A DNA stretch of 64,000 nucleotides from an uncultured Bacilli bacterium (GCA_944349595.1 CALVNF010000002.1:4386-68385), one strand, 5' to 3'; positions 7,683 to 18,222 are shown, counted from the first letter of the stretch. Numbers and translations are program-made. Notes: generated by a model not told the origin, from the sequence alone.

Positions 7683-9992
7683 ATGCCAAAAAAATTTAAA
7701 AGTTTAAGTTTTATAATAATAGCTCTATTTTTAAGTTTATCTAGTATTTCTTCTTGCAATAATACTTATCAAAATACGACATCAGTTGTTCAATATGTTT
7801 TAGATATTGAAAATGGAGAAGAAGTTCAATTAAAAGTTAATGACACTCTTCAATTAAATATATCAAGTCAAAATTTAACCGAAACAATAATTTATACTTC
7901 ATCAGATCCAAGTGTTGTAAGTGTCAGTAATACTGGTTTAATAACTGCCTTAAGTGAAGGAGAAAGTTTTATTACTGCAAGTGCTAATAATACATCAGAT
8001 ACAATTAAAGTTCTTGTTAGTAAAAATACAACAATTTTAAATCCTAGTATTGAAATTCTTGATGGAGATGAGCTTAGTTTAGAAATTGAACAAACTTATA
8101 AATTAAATGTTAAAACCGAAAACATAACTGAAGATTTAGTATTTTCTTCTCAAAATGAATTTATTGCAAAAGTTGATAATTCTGGTTTAATTACTGCCAT
8201 AAGTAAGGGTGAAACATTAATTGAAGTAAAAGCTAACAATGTTAAAGATCTAATAAAAATTATTGTAAAAGAAAAAACAATAACTCCTACACCTGTTTTG
8301 GAAATATTAACCCCAGATAATAGTGAATTAGAAGTTGAAAGTAGTTTACAACTTAATTTGAAAACTGAAAATTTAACTGAAGATGTTACTTATTCATCTT
8401 CTAATAATGAAATTGCGACAATTTCAAATACTGGTTTAATAAGTGGCATTTCAAAAGGCAGCGTCACAATTAGTGCTTCAGCCAATGGAATTAGTGATTC
8501 AATAAATATAATTGTTAAAGAAAAAGAAGTTCCTCCAAGTTTAGTTATTTTAAATGGAGAAGAAATAACATTAAATTTAGGTGATACTTTACAATTAAAT
8601 GTTAGTTTAGAAAATATTGAAGGTTCAATATTATATGAAAGTAATAATTCTAATGTTGCAAGTGTTAATCAAAGTGGATTAATTAGTGCAATTAAAGAAG
8701 GTGAAGCAATAATAACAGCTTCTATTGATGAAGTTAAAGATAGTATTAAAGTTACAGTAGTTCCAAATGAAGATGGTAGTGTTCAATATTATGAACATAT
8801 CTTTAATAAAGATGATTTTAATGGAGGATCTACAAGTGCAGGAAGCTTTTCTTCAAATGGTTTAACTTGGAATTATGATGCTTTTAATTATTTAGGTCAA
8901 GATTATGAAGGAATTCAAATTGGATCTAATAGTAAACCTCATAAAACTCCATGGAATATAGTTACTCAATTTAATGGTGAAGTGACAGTTTTATCTTATG
9001 AATTAATCATTAAAACAAACTCACCTGCTAGATATGATGTAACAATGGATAACTATAGCCATGGAGAGAATTTACCAAAAGAAAATATTGCAAAACTTTG
9101 GGGAGAAAATGATATATCAATTGATACAACCTCATTTAAATTATCGTTATCTAATCAAACAAAAGCCATTTATTTATATAGTGTTAGTTTAAAAGTATTT
9201 GTTCCAAGTGATGTAGATTTAAATTTAAAGAAACCTGAAATTGATTTAGTTGCAGCAAAACCTGGAGAAGGAGTTGTTCCAAATGCAAACTATACATTAA
9301 CTAGTAAAGAAGATTATTATAAAGATATTGATTTTGAAGCAGATTCAACAATATTAAAAAATGAATTACATTCTTTAATTTCAAATATGACAAAAATTAA
9401 TTATGGAACAGTTTCTAATACAATTATTTATACCGATGAAAGTATTAAAAAACCAGGTGTTTTATATGGTATGTTTGATGGAGATGAATTAAGTGCAAGC
9501 TATAATGGAACATGGAATAAAGAACATGTCTGGCCATGTTCTTTAATGAAAGAAAACGGAAAAGATCCTCGACCATCAGATTCAACTAAAAATCATGCAA
9601 CTGATTTATTTAATTTAAGAGCATGTTGTCAAACAACAAATGGTTTACATGGAAATAAATTTTATGATAATACAGATTCAAGTAATACATTTTTTCCAAA
9701 TGTAGCAAATAATGGTAGTGTATTACATAAATTTGAAGGTGATCATAGAGGTGATGTTGCAAGAATTTTATTTTATATGGCTTTAAGATATGACTTTTTA
9801 AGTATTGTTGAAGATATTAATAATGCAACAGATACTCAAATTGGAAAACTTTCTGTTTTATTAAAGTGGAATGAATTAGATCCAGTAGATGATTTTGAAA
9901 TTCAAAGAAATAATAGAATTTATGAATTTCAAGGAAACAGAAATCCATTTATTGATTATCCTGAATTAGTTGACAAATTATATTCAATTTAA
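7683..9992 (+). CDS. Surface lipoprotein nuclease: signal peptide + lipobox, 4x Big_2 Ig-like repeats, C-terminal Endonuclease-I (EndA/Dns) domain
   Basis: RBS AAAGGTGG then ATG at 7683. Lipobox SISSC. Four roughly 95-aa repeats of the form VxSVSNTGLITAxSEGExxITASANNxSDxIKVxV (Big_2). The C-terminus carries WNKEHVWP, NLRAC...N, GDVARILFYMALRY and GNRNPFIDYPEL, which are Endonuclease_1 family hallmarks. Confidence 0.85.
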   Translation: MPKKFKSLSFIIIALFLSLSSISSCNNTYQNTTSVVQYVLDIENGEEVQLKVNDTLQLNISSQNLTETIIYTSSDPSVVSVSNTGLITALSEGESFITASANNTSDTIKVLVSKNTTILNPSIEILDGDELSLEIEQTYKLNVKTENITEDLVFSSQNEFIAKVDNSGLITAISKGETLIEVKANNVKDLIKIIVKEKTITPTPVLEILTPDNSELEVESSLQLNLKTENLTEDVTYSSSNNEIATISNTGLISGISKGSVTISASANGISDSINIIVKEKEVPPSLVILNGEEITLNLGDTLQLNVSLENIEGSILYESNNSNVASVNQSGLISAIKEGEAIITASIDEVKDSIKVTVVPNEDGSVQYYEHIFNKDDFNGGSTSAGSFSSNGLTWNYDAFNYLGQDYEGIQIGSNSKPHKTPWNIVTQFNGEVTVLSYELIIKTNSPARYDVTMDNYSHGENLPKENIAKLWGENDISIDTTSFKLSLSNQTKAIYLYSVSLKVFVPSDVDLNLKKPEIDLVAAKPGEGVVPNANYTLTSKEDYYKDIDFEADSTILKNELHSLISNMTKINYGTVSNTIIYTDESIKKPGVLYGMFDGDELSASYNGTWNKEHVWPCSLMKENGKDPRPSDSTKNHATDLFNLRACCQTTNGLHGNKFYDNTDSSNTFFPNVANNGSVLHKFEGDHRGDVARILFYMALRYDFLSIVEDINNATDTQIGKLSVLLKWNELDPVDDFEIQRNNRIYEFQGNRNPFIDYPELVDKLYSI

Positions 9993-10038
9993 ATAAAAAA
10001 AATTTGAATTTCATTTTTTTGTTATAATTAATGTGTAA

Positions 10039-10821
10039 ATGAAAAAGAAAAACCTATTACTATTACTTCCAACAATTTTAACGATTACTTCTTGTAAGTT
10101 TGATTTTCTTTTTGATAAATATAAGTTAACAGTTGTTGATAATTGGGATCTTTTATATGAAATGCCAAAATTAACTTATAATGAAGGTGATGTTATTGAA
10201 GTAAAACTTCAATTTAGATCTGGTCCTAGAGTTGGTTTATTATTTGAAGGAGAAAATTATTATTTAGGTAATTATACTTTTGATGAACATAACAATCCAC
10301 TTTATTTTACAGTGAATTTAACAATGCCAGATTATGATACTACTTTATATACAACTTTTAATGGATTAGTGGAATCTCCATATGATTCTTATACAAGTTT
10401 TGAAATAAATTATGACTATAATTTTATTTCAAATCAAAATAAAGCAACTTTATTATATGGATATACATTACCTTTTTTAGATAAGTCTAAATATGAAGAA
10501 TTAAATACATTAATTGGTGGCGATTTACTTTATTTATATTATAATGGTAATTTTTTAATTAAAGAAACTTATCCTGGAGCGGTAGAATTAGCTAATGATT
10601 TTGAAGTAATTGACTTACTTGTTATTAAGGCAGATTTAAAAGAAATAAGCTATGATGAATACTTAACAATTAAAGATGAATTACCAGAAAACATTATTTT
10701 AAATAATGATTTAGAATACGAATCAGTAGAAGATTATTTTAAAAATAATGATAAAGCATATGTTTCTTCTAAAGATAATAAATATTATGCTTTATATTCA
10801 TATTTACCTAGAAATAATTAA
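10039..10821 (+). CDS. Hypothetical lipoprotein
   Basis: N-terminus MKKKNLLLLLPTILTITSCKF (lipobox ITSC). Confidence 0.6.
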   Translation: MKKKNLLLLLPTILTITSCKFDFLFDKYKLTVVDNWDLLYEMPKLTYNEGDVIEVKLQFRSGPRVGLLFEGENYYLGNYTFDEHNNPLYFTVNLTMPDYDTTLYTTFNGLVESPYDSYTSFEINYDYNFISNQNKATLLYGYTLPFLDKSKYEELNTLIGGDLLYLYYNGNFLIKETYPGAVELANDFEVIDLLVIKADLKEISYDEYLTIKDELPENIILNNDLEYESVEDYFKNNDKAYVSSKDNKYYALYSYLPRNN

Positions 10822-10908
10822 TAAAAACTCATTTATTAAATATTAAATTAATATACAAATATAAATAAAAAAACAATAATAAATAAAGTATCAAAATAAT
10901 TAAAATTA

Positions 10909-11754
10909 ATGCCTTATTTTTTTATTTTAATTGACAATATAATTGTTTATCATTGCGTTTTATGTTTTAATAATTTTGTGAATACATTAAGCGTTAGAAA
11001 TTTAACTAAAAAATTTAAAATAAATCAAAAACAACAAAAAAATAATAAAAGCAACGCGCAATATTTAACAGCATTAAAAGATTTTTCAATGGATTTTAAA
11101 GAAGGAAATATTTATGGTATTTTAGGACCAAATGGTGCTGGAAAAACGACATTACTTAGAATTTTGTCTTCTTTAATTCAACCTAATAGTGGAGAAATTT
11201 TTTATAATGATAAAAAAATAACTGGTGATGCTTTAGAATATAAAAGTAAAGTTGGTTTTTTAACAAGTGAACTAAAATTAGATGACTTTTTTACTCCAGA
11301 TTACACTTTTACATATTTTTCTAAATTATATGGAATATCTGATGAAGATACAATTAAAAATAAAGAAAAATTATTTAAAGAATTTGAAATTGATAAATAT
11401 AAAGATACTAAAATTTGTAATTTATCTACTGGAATGAAGCAAAAAGTATATTTAGCAATTTCTTTATGTAATAATCCAGATATTATCATTTTTGATGAAC
11501 CTACGAACGGTCTTGATTTAATTGGTTGTAAATATGTTGAAGATTATTTACTAAATTTGAAAAAACAAAATAAAATTATTATTGTCTCAACTCATATTTT
11601 TTCATTAATTGAAGATTTATGCGATGAAATTGCAATAATATTAAATGGTTCAAAAGTTCTAGAAGGAAATTTAAATGAATTAACAAAAAATAAATCCTTA
11701 AGTGATCTATTTTTTGAATTATATGAAAAAGAAGAAAAAGGAGTAAAGAATTGA
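10909..11754 (+). CDS. ABC transporter ATP-binding protein
   Basis: Walker A GPNGAGKTT, signature LSTGMKQKV, Walker B IIIFDEPTNGLD. The start is uncertain (a GTG at 10978 is possible). The ORF ends in TGA overlapping the next gene. Confidence 0.85.
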   Translation: MPYFFILIDNIIVYHCVLCFNNFVNTLSVRNLTKKFKINQKQQKNNKSNAQYLTALKDFSMDFKEGNIYGILGPNGAGKTTLLRILSSLIQPNSGEIFYNDKKITGDALEYKSKVGFLTSELKLDDFFTPDYTFTYFSKLYGISDEDTIKNKEKLFKEFEIDKYKDTKICNLSTGMKQKVYLAISLCNNPDIIIFDEPTNGLDLIGCKYVEDYLLNLKKQNKIIIVSTHIFSLIEDLCDEIAIILNGSKVLEGNLNELTKNKSLSDLFFELYEKEEKGVKN

Positions 11755-12968
11755 AAAATATAAAGGTAATATTTTTAAAAGAAATTAAGCGATATTTTAC
11801 TGAACCAAGAATGTTGCTTGCTTTGTTTTTACCAGGAATTTTAATTTATATTTTGTATTCTTTTTTAGGACCTTTTGTTAATTCGAATTTTACTGCAACT
11901 TCAAATCAACCTCAAAATTATGAATATAAAATTGTCGCAACCAATAATTATAATAATCAAGAAGATGCAGCACCTTTGGTTTTTGACGTATTTGATTCTT
12001 ATTTGAAAGTTAGTGAAAAAACTAATAGCATTAAATATTTTTATATAGATCCAAGTAAAATCGATCAATATAAAAATGAATTAATAAATGATAAATATGA
12101 TTTATTAGTAATTTTTGATGACGATTTTGAAAATAAATTATTTGAAAATAAACTAACAAGTAAAACGAATGTATCAATTTATTATAATGGAAGTAGTTCA
12201 GAGTCATCTTATTTATATAATATTTTTTCTGCAATTGTTAAAGAAACTTATACTAATTTCACAACTAATTTTGAAAATAATATAATTACTAATCCAAATT
12301 TATCTAATGAAGACTACAATATGAAAAATATTATGAGTTTTATTATTCCATTAATTACAATATCATTATTATTTTCAACAATATCTTCAATTTGTCCTGA
12401 AACAATTGCGGGAGAAAAAGAAAGAGGAACTTTAGCTAGTATTTTAATGACACCAATTAAAAGAAATGAATTAGTTATAGGAAAAATTTTAGCTATCACT
12501 TTAACAAGTGTAGCAAGCGGTCTTACATCTTTTGTTGGTTTAATTTTATCTCTTCCAAAATTATATGGAGAAGGAAGTAGTTTAAGTAGTATATTTTCAG
12601 TCGGTTCATTTATTTTGTTACTATTTTTAATTGTAACTTCAATGTTATTATTTGTTTCAATTGGTTTATTAATATCAGCTTTAACAAAGTCAAGAAGAGA
12701 AGCATCAAGTTATTTAATTCCATTTTCTTCTATATTAATAGTCTTATCAATTATTCCATTTGTTTTAGATTTGACAAATATAGGTTACTCATTTATTCCA
12801 ATTTTAAATATTGTTTCATCAATGAATTTTATAATTAAAACTTCTAATATAGATTCTTTAATTCCATATTTAAGTATTACAATTGTTATTAATATTTTAT
12901 TATCAATTATTATTGTATTTATTGTTTCAAAATTGTTTAAAAAAGAAAACATAATGTTTCAACGATAG
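11751..12968 (+). CDS. ABC-2 family transporter permease
   Basis: Starts at a TTG overlapping the upstream stop. It is multi-TM, with a large extracytoplasmic loop after TM1 typical of the ABC-2/NatB-like group. Confidence 0.7.
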   Translation: MKNIKVIFLKEIKRYFTEPRMLLALFLPGILIYILYSFLGPFVNSNFTATSNQPQNYEYKIVATNNYNNQEDAAPLVFDVFDSYLKVSEKTNSIKYFYIDPSKIDQYKNELINDKYDLLVIFDDDFENKLFENKLTSKTNVSIYYNGSSSESSYLYNIFSAIVKETYTNFTTNFENNIITNPNLSNEDYNMKNIMSFIIPLITISLLFSTISSICPETIAGEKERGTLASILMTPIKRNELVIGKILAITLTSVASGLTSFVGLILSLPKLYGEGSSLSSIFSVGSFILLLFLIVTSMLLFVSIGLLISALTKSRREASSYLIPFSSILIVLSIIPFVLDLTNIGYSFIPILNIVSSMNFIIKTSNIDSLIPYLSITIVINILLSIIIVFIVSKLFKKENIMFQR

Positions 12969-13078
12969 TCGTCGATTTTTAAAAATATTAAAGATATGCT
13001 ATAATAATTAAGCAAGACTTATAGATAATAAAACATTACTTTATTATCTTTTTCTTTAATGTTTTTAGGAGGTATTTA

Positions 13079-13588
13079 ATGATGAAAAAAGAATTAAAAA
13101 GCATTGAATTAGATGATTTAAAAGAATTACAAACGATGTTAAAAGATTTTTGGACAACACAACTCGTAGAAGCAAGTAAAGCAGATATTTTAGAAGATAT
13201 TAGAAGATTATTAAGCCCGAAATGTTATTCTTATTTAATAATGTGTGATGATAATATTGCGGGTTTTATATATATTAATGAAAAATATGGATATGTTAAT
13301 AACATTGAATATTTATATATAAAAGAAAAATTTAGAGGTAATGGATTAGGATCTTTTGCTTTAAGTAAAATTAAAGAAATATTGAAAGAAGACGGATTAG
13401 ATAGAGTTCAAATAGAAGTAAATCCATCAAATTTAAAGACTTTAAAACTTTATCATTCACTTGGTTTTAATAATATTGATACATTAACTTTATCAACTGG
13501 AATTGTTGGAGATACTGAAGTTAAAAATATTTTTGGTTTAGATTTTAAAATAAATAAATTAAGTTTATTTGCACATAAAAAACAATAA
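13079..13588 (+). CDS. GNAT family N-acetyltransferase
   Basis: AGGAGG RBS. Motif A is RGNGLGSFAL within an IEYLYIKEKFRGNGLG context. Confidence 0.75.
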   Translation: MMKKELKSIELDDLKELQTMLKDFWTTQLVEASKADILEDIRRLLSPKCYSYLIMCDDNIAGFIYINEKYGYVNNIEYLYIKEKFRGNGLGSFALSKIKEILKEDGLDRVQIEVNPSNLKTLKLYHSLGFNNIDTLTLSTGIVGDTEVKNIFGLDFKINKLSLFAHKKQ

Positions 13589-13616
13589 AAACTCTGCAAA
13601 ACCTCAATATTTTTTA
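13587..13616 (-). repeat. Copy A of the dispersed ~30-bp repeat (minus orientation), just after the GNAT stop
   Basis: Plus strand reads aaaactctgcaaaacctcaatattttttaag, the reverse complement of AAAAAATATTGAGGTTTTGCAGAGTTTT. Confidence 0.8.
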
Positions 13617-13690
13617 AGAAAAGTAGTTTTTAAGTAGTTTTTTAGGATTGTATTAGTATATTTTTGACAATTTTTTAGTATAATAAAAAC

Positions 13691-14248
13691 ATGAAAAAAA
13701 GTGTTTTACTAAATTTGCTAGTGTCATTATTTTTAATTACGGGATGTCAAACATCTTATAAATTAAATTATGATGTTAGCTTGATTTATGGAATTGGAAA
13801 ATATCCAAGGTGGGCAGATTTGTTAGAAGAGCCAAATCATGATGAAAACTATTTTAGATATATTGATATGAAATTATTTTCTTCGTTAGATGATTTGCTA
13901 AATTATTTAAACAATCCATATTATTTTAAATATGAAACAAATAATGAATATATTAAAGTTAGAATAGAAAATGAAATTGATTTTAGCAAATTAAATTTAC
14001 TTGTTACTTGTAAATATGAGGGTACAGGTTCATATGTTCATTTTGCAAATGTGAAAGATAATAAAGTGAACATTTATTCATATTGTGGAGAGGTTGTTAC
14101 TGAAGATATTGCCTTTAAAAGTTTAATTATTCCAGTTAAGAAAGAATATAATTTGGATGAGATAGAGGTAAAATATCATTATGAAATTTTAAAAGCAGAA
14201 GATATTGCAAATATCTGTAAAACTTATGGTAATAAATACTATTATTAA
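13691..14248 (+). CDS. Hypothetical lipoprotein
   Basis: MKKSVLLNLLVSLFLITGCQ (lipobox ITGC). Confidence 0.6.
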   Translation: MKKSVLLNLLVSLFLITGCQTSYKLNYDVSLIYGIGKYPRWADLLEEPNHDENYFRYIDMKLFSSLDDLLNYLNNPYYFKYETNNEYIKVRIENEIDFSKLNLLVTCKYEGTGSYVHFANVKDNKVNIYSYCGEVVTEDIAFKSLIIPVKKEYNLDEIEVKYHYEILKAEDIANICKTYGNKYYY

Positions 14249-14274
14249 AAGCAAAAATTAATTATAATTTTTAT

Positions 14275-14949
14275 ATGAAAAAAATTGACGATAAATATTT
14301 TATTAAAGATAAAAAAGTAAACTATAATCCTTCAATTGAACAAGTGCTTACAAATGATGAAGTTATTCTTTGGAAAGGAAAACCAAGGAAATTATCTTTT
14401 ATTTTATCTATCATTTTCAAATTTTTACCATTTGTTATTATATGGCTAGCAATTGATATATCTTTAATTGTAATGATGTCTAGTTTTTTCTCTGAGATAC
14501 CATTGCCTGGAATTATTTTTTTGATAATCTTTTTTATCTTACATTTATTACCAGTTTGGATATGGATTTCTTCTATAATTACTGCCTCAAGAAGACAAAA
14601 ATTAGAAGAATATGCCTTTACTGGAAGTAGAATTATTATTAAAACTGGTTTTATTGGTGCAAATATATCTAGTATTAATTATTCATCAATTTCTAGTGTA
14701 AATTTAAAGATTGGAATTATTGAAAGATTATGTAAAGTTGGAGATATTTATATTGTTGCGGATAATAAAAAATATATTTTAGAAGATATTAAAGATCCAT
14801 ATTTTATTTATGAAAAATTACAAAAAATAGCTAATGATATAAAATCAGATATAATTTATCCAAATAATTATCGACCTAGTGAAAATAATGGCTATAAAAC
14901 AAGTTATAATCCAAAAGAAGTTGATAAAATTATTAAAAAAGATAAATAA
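14275..14949 (+). CDS. Membrane protein with a bacterial PH-like (YdbS/YdbT, DUF304-type) domain
   Basis: DEVILWKGKP motif followed by two TM helices, the DUF304-like arrangement. Confidence 0.45.
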   Translation: MKKIDDKYFIKDKKVNYNPSIEQVLTNDEVILWKGKPRKLSFILSIIFKFLPFVIIWLAIDISLIVMMSSFFSEIPLPGIIFLIIFFILHLLPVWIWISSIITASRRQKLEEYAFTGSRIIIKTGFIGANISSINYSSISSVNLKIGIIERLCKVGDIYIVADNKKYILEDIKDPYFIYEKLQKIANDIKSDIIYPNNYRPSENNGYKTSYNPKEVDKIIKKDK

Positions 14950-14954
14950 ATTAT

Positions 14955-17831
14955 ATGAGTGAAACTTATAATGATATTAAAAATGCTCTTAATAAAGCAT
15001 TTATAGATTATAACTTAGATTCTGTCGACTCATTATGTCCATCTTTTTTATATAATAATAAAGAAGAAAATAAAAAAATAATTTCAACTTTAAAAGAAGA
15101 ATTTAAAAAATGTGAAGAATTTTATATTTCCGTTGCATTTATTACATATTCTGGACTTCAAATTTTAAAAGAAACATTAAAAGAAATTAATGATAAAGGT
15201 ATTAAAGGAAAAATTTTAACAAGCGATTATTTATGTTTTACTGAACCAAAAGCTTTGAAATTTTTGCAAGATAATTTTAATAATATTGAAGTTAAAATGT
15301 ATAAATCATCTGATCTTGATGGTTTTCACACAAAAGGTTATTTTTTTAAACAAAAAGATGATATCTATAAAATTATTATCGGATCTAGTAACATTACTGC
15401 AAAAGCTTTAACAGTTAATCAAGAATGGAATACTGAATTAATTTCCACAAAAGATGGAAAATTAATAAAAGAATTATTTGATCAATTTAATTTATTATGG
15501 AATAAATCGACCGATTTAAAAGATTATATAAATACATATACTAAAATTTATGAAGAAGCCAATAAAGAAAAAGTTATATTAAATGTTGATAATATAATTA
15601 ATCAAAAAATAGAACCAAATTCAATGCAAATAGAGTTTAGTCAAAAATTTAAACAACTTATTGAAAATGATGGTAAAAGAGGTTTATTAATTTCTTCTAC
15701 TGGAACTGGAAAAACATACGCAAGTGCATTTGCTTTAAAAAATGTTAACGCTAAAAAAGTTCTTTTCTTAGCTCATAGAACAACATTATTGATTCAAGCT
15801 ATATCTGCTTATCAGCGAATTTTTCCTAATTCATCTTTTTCAATTCTAACTGGAGATAAAACTTATATTAAAAATTTAAATGATGTTTCATATTTTGATA
15901 ATAATGAATATGATTTTGTATTTTCAACTTGTGAGATGATGTCTAAAAAAATTGACGAATTTATTAACGCTAAAAAATTTGATTATATTATTATTGATGA
16001 AGTTCATAGAGCGGGTTCAAATACATATCAAAAAATATTGAATTATTTTAAACCTAAATTTATTCTTGGAATGACTGCAACACCTGAAAGAACCAATGAT
16101 GAAAGTTTGATTTTTAATTTATTTGATCATAATGTTATTTTTGAAATTAGATTAGAAGATGCCCTTGATTATGGTTTGTTATGTCCTTTTCATTACTATG
16201 GAATAACTGATTTAAAAGGAATTAATGATGAAACATATGACAAACAAGACTTTAATAAATTATTTAGTAATGAAAGAGTTGAATATATTATTAAACAAAG
16301 CAATTTTTATGGATATAGCGGTGATAGATTAAGAGGTTTAATTTTTGTCTCAAGAAAAGATGAGGGAAGAAGACTTGAAACTTTATTGAATCAAAAAAAT
16401 TATAAAACTAAATTTTTAGATGGCTCTTTTTCATCAAGCGAGAGAGAAAAATACTTTAGATTACTTGAAGAAACTAATAAAAATAATGAATATTTAGATT
16501 TTATTATTTCTGTTGATATTCTTAATGAAGGCGTTGATATTCCAGAAGTTAATCAAATAATAATGTTAAGACCAACTCAATCAAGCATTATTTTTATTCA
16601 ACAACTTGGTAGAGGTCTAAGAAAATGGAAGAATAAAGATTTTGTAACAATTATTGACTTTATTGGAAATTATGATTCAAATTATATGATAGCTAAAGCA
16701 TTTTCAGAATCTGGTAATAAAGAACAAGCTAGATTAGTTGTTACATCTTCGTTTATTCCTGGAATTTCTACAATTGAATTTGACGAAATTGCGCAAAAGA
16801 AAATATTTGAATCAATTAAGAAAACTAATTTTGATACTATGTCGAACTTTAAAATCGAATATATGCATTTAAAAAATAGAATAAATAGAATTCCAAATTT
16901 GACTGATTTTTATGAATTTACTTATTTTGATCCATATAGAATTATTGAAAAATTTAAATCTTATCAAGATTTTCTTTTAAAAATTGAAAAAGATTTAAAT
17001 TATTCACAAAAAGAACTTGAATATTATCGATTTATTTCAAAAATTATATCTTCTGGATTAAGATTAGATGAAGTTAATGCTCTTGAATATCTAATTAAAA
17101 ATAAGAATTTAACTAAATATTTAGATGAAAAATTAATTTCTTTAAATAAAAAATTAACAATTATTAATGAATTTAATTGTAGTTTTTATGGAAAAAACAA
17201 TGATTCTTTAAGTTTAATTAATAGTTCATTAAACATTAGTGAAGATTTTGATGAAATGTTAAAAAATTTTTCATTTTTAGATAATATTAATAACTTAATA
17301 TTAATGTCTAAATTAAGGAATAATAAATTTTATGGAAAAAAATATAAAAATTCTGATTTATGTTTAAATTCTTTATATTCAAGAGAAGATATTTCAATTA
17401 TTTTTAATTGTAAAGTGAATAGAGCTAGTACAATTTATGGTTATCAATATTTAAAAGAAGAAAATGTATTTCCTATTTTTATTAATTATATAAAAACTCC
17501 AGAAATTTCTGATGCCACTAGATATGAAGATATGTTTATAAATAGACAAAAGTTTCAATGGAATTCAAGACACGGTGAATATATTGAATCAAAAAACATG
17601 CAAACTTTAATTAATGCTAAAAATAATAATACAAAAATTTATTTATTTGTTAGAAAATCAATTGATGAAAATAGCGGAAGTAACAAACATTATTTTTTAG
17701 GTGAAATGAGTGTGATAGATTTTAAAGAAATTATGAGAAATAATTATAAATATGTTTTGTTTAATTTTGCTTTAAGCGATGAGGTAAGAAGTGATTTATA
17801 TGAATATTTTAAAAAGGATATAAATAATTAA
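14955..17831 (+). CDS. PLD-family (HKD) nuclease / SF2 DEAD-DEAH helicase fusion protein with a large uncharacterised C-terminal domain
   Basis: HKD motif GFHTKGYFFKQKDDIYKIIIGSSNIT (HxKx4Dx6GSxN). Helicase motif I STGTGKTY, motif II IIIDEVHRAG, motif III GMTATPER, motif VI QQLGRGLR. About 320 aa follow with no recognisable motif. Confidence 0.75.
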   Translation: MSETYNDIKNALNKAFIDYNLDSVDSLCPSFLYNNKEENKKIISTLKEEFKKCEEFYISVAFITYSGLQILKETLKEINDKGIKGKILTSDYLCFTEPKALKFLQDNFNNIEVKMYKSSDLDGFHTKGYFFKQKDDIYKIIIGSSNITAKALTVNQEWNTELISTKDGKLIKELFDQFNLLWNKSTDLKDYINTYTKIYEEANKEKVILNVDNIINQKIEPNSMQIEFSQKFKQLIENDGKRGLLISSTGTGKTYASAFALKNVNAKKVLFLAHRTTLLIQAISAYQRIFPNSSFSILTGDKTYIKNLNDVSYFDNNEYDFVFSTCEMMSKKIDEFINAKKFDYIIIDEVHRAGSNTYQKILNYFKPKFILGMTATPERTNDESLIFNLFDHNVIFEIRLEDALDYGLLCPFHYYGITDLKGINDETYDKQDFNKLFSNERVEYIIKQSNFYGYSGDRLRGLIFVSRKDEGRRLETLLNQKNYKTKFLDGSFSSSEREKYFRLLEETNKNNEYLDFIISVDILNEGVDIPEVNQIIMLRPTQSSIIFIQQLGRGLRKWKNKDFVTIIDFIGNYDSNYMIAKAFSESGNKEQARLVVTSSFIPGISTIEFDEIAQKKIFESIKKTNFDTMSNFKIEYMHLKNRINRIPNLTDFYEFTYFDPYRIIEKFKSYQDFLLKIEKDLNYSQKELEYYRFISKIISSGLRLDEVNALEYLIKNKNLTKYLDEKLISLNKKLTIINEFNCSFYGKNNDSLSLINSSLNISEDFDEMLKNFSFLDNINNLILMSKLRNNKFYGKKYKNSDLCLNSLYSREDISIIFNCKVNRASTIYGYQYLKEENVFPIFINYIKTPEISDATRYEDMFINRQKFQWNSRHGEYIESKNMQTLINAKNNNTKIYLFVRKSIDENSGSNKHYFLGEMSVIDFKEIMRNNYKYVLFNFALSDEVRSDLYEYFKKDINN

Positions 17832-17832
17832 T

Positions 17833-18222
17833 ATGAAAATAGTAAATGTAGTTGCGGCAATAATAGTTAAAAATGATTTAATTTTTATAACTCAAAGAGG
17901 TTATGGGGAATTTAAAGACGGTTGGGAATTTCCAGGTGGAAAAATAGAAGAAAACGAAACTCCTGAAAATGCCTTAAAAAGAGAGATTAAAGAAGAATTA
18001 AATGCTGATATTGAAGTTGACAATTTCTTGATGGACATTGATTATGATTATCCAAACTTTCATCTACATATGAAAGTTTATTTTTGTCATTTATTAAAAC
18101 CTCATATTGAATTATTAGAACATGAAAATGCATTATGGGTTAAAAAAGAAGATTTAAAAAATATTAATTTTTTACCAGCTGATAAATTAATTATTAAAAA
18201 TATATTGAATTTAAAAATTTAA
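17833..18222 (+). CDS. NUDIX hydrolase (MutT-like)
   Basis: Nudix box GGKIEENETPENALKREIKEELN. The start lies 1 nt after the stop of the PLD-helicase gene. Confidence 0.8.
   Translation: MKIVNVVAAIIVKNDLIFITQRGYGEFKDGWEFPGGKIEENETPENALKREIKEELNADIEVDNFLMDIDYDYPNFHLHMKVYFCHLLKPHIELLEHENALWVKKEDLKNINFLPADKLIIKNILNLKI

Noticed and set aside
13587-13616. Dispersed repeat as a rho-independent terminator (two copies sit right after stop codons)
   Set aside because: The element contains direct (GAGGTTTT / GAGTTTTT), not inverted, sub-repeats, so no stable hairpin can form.
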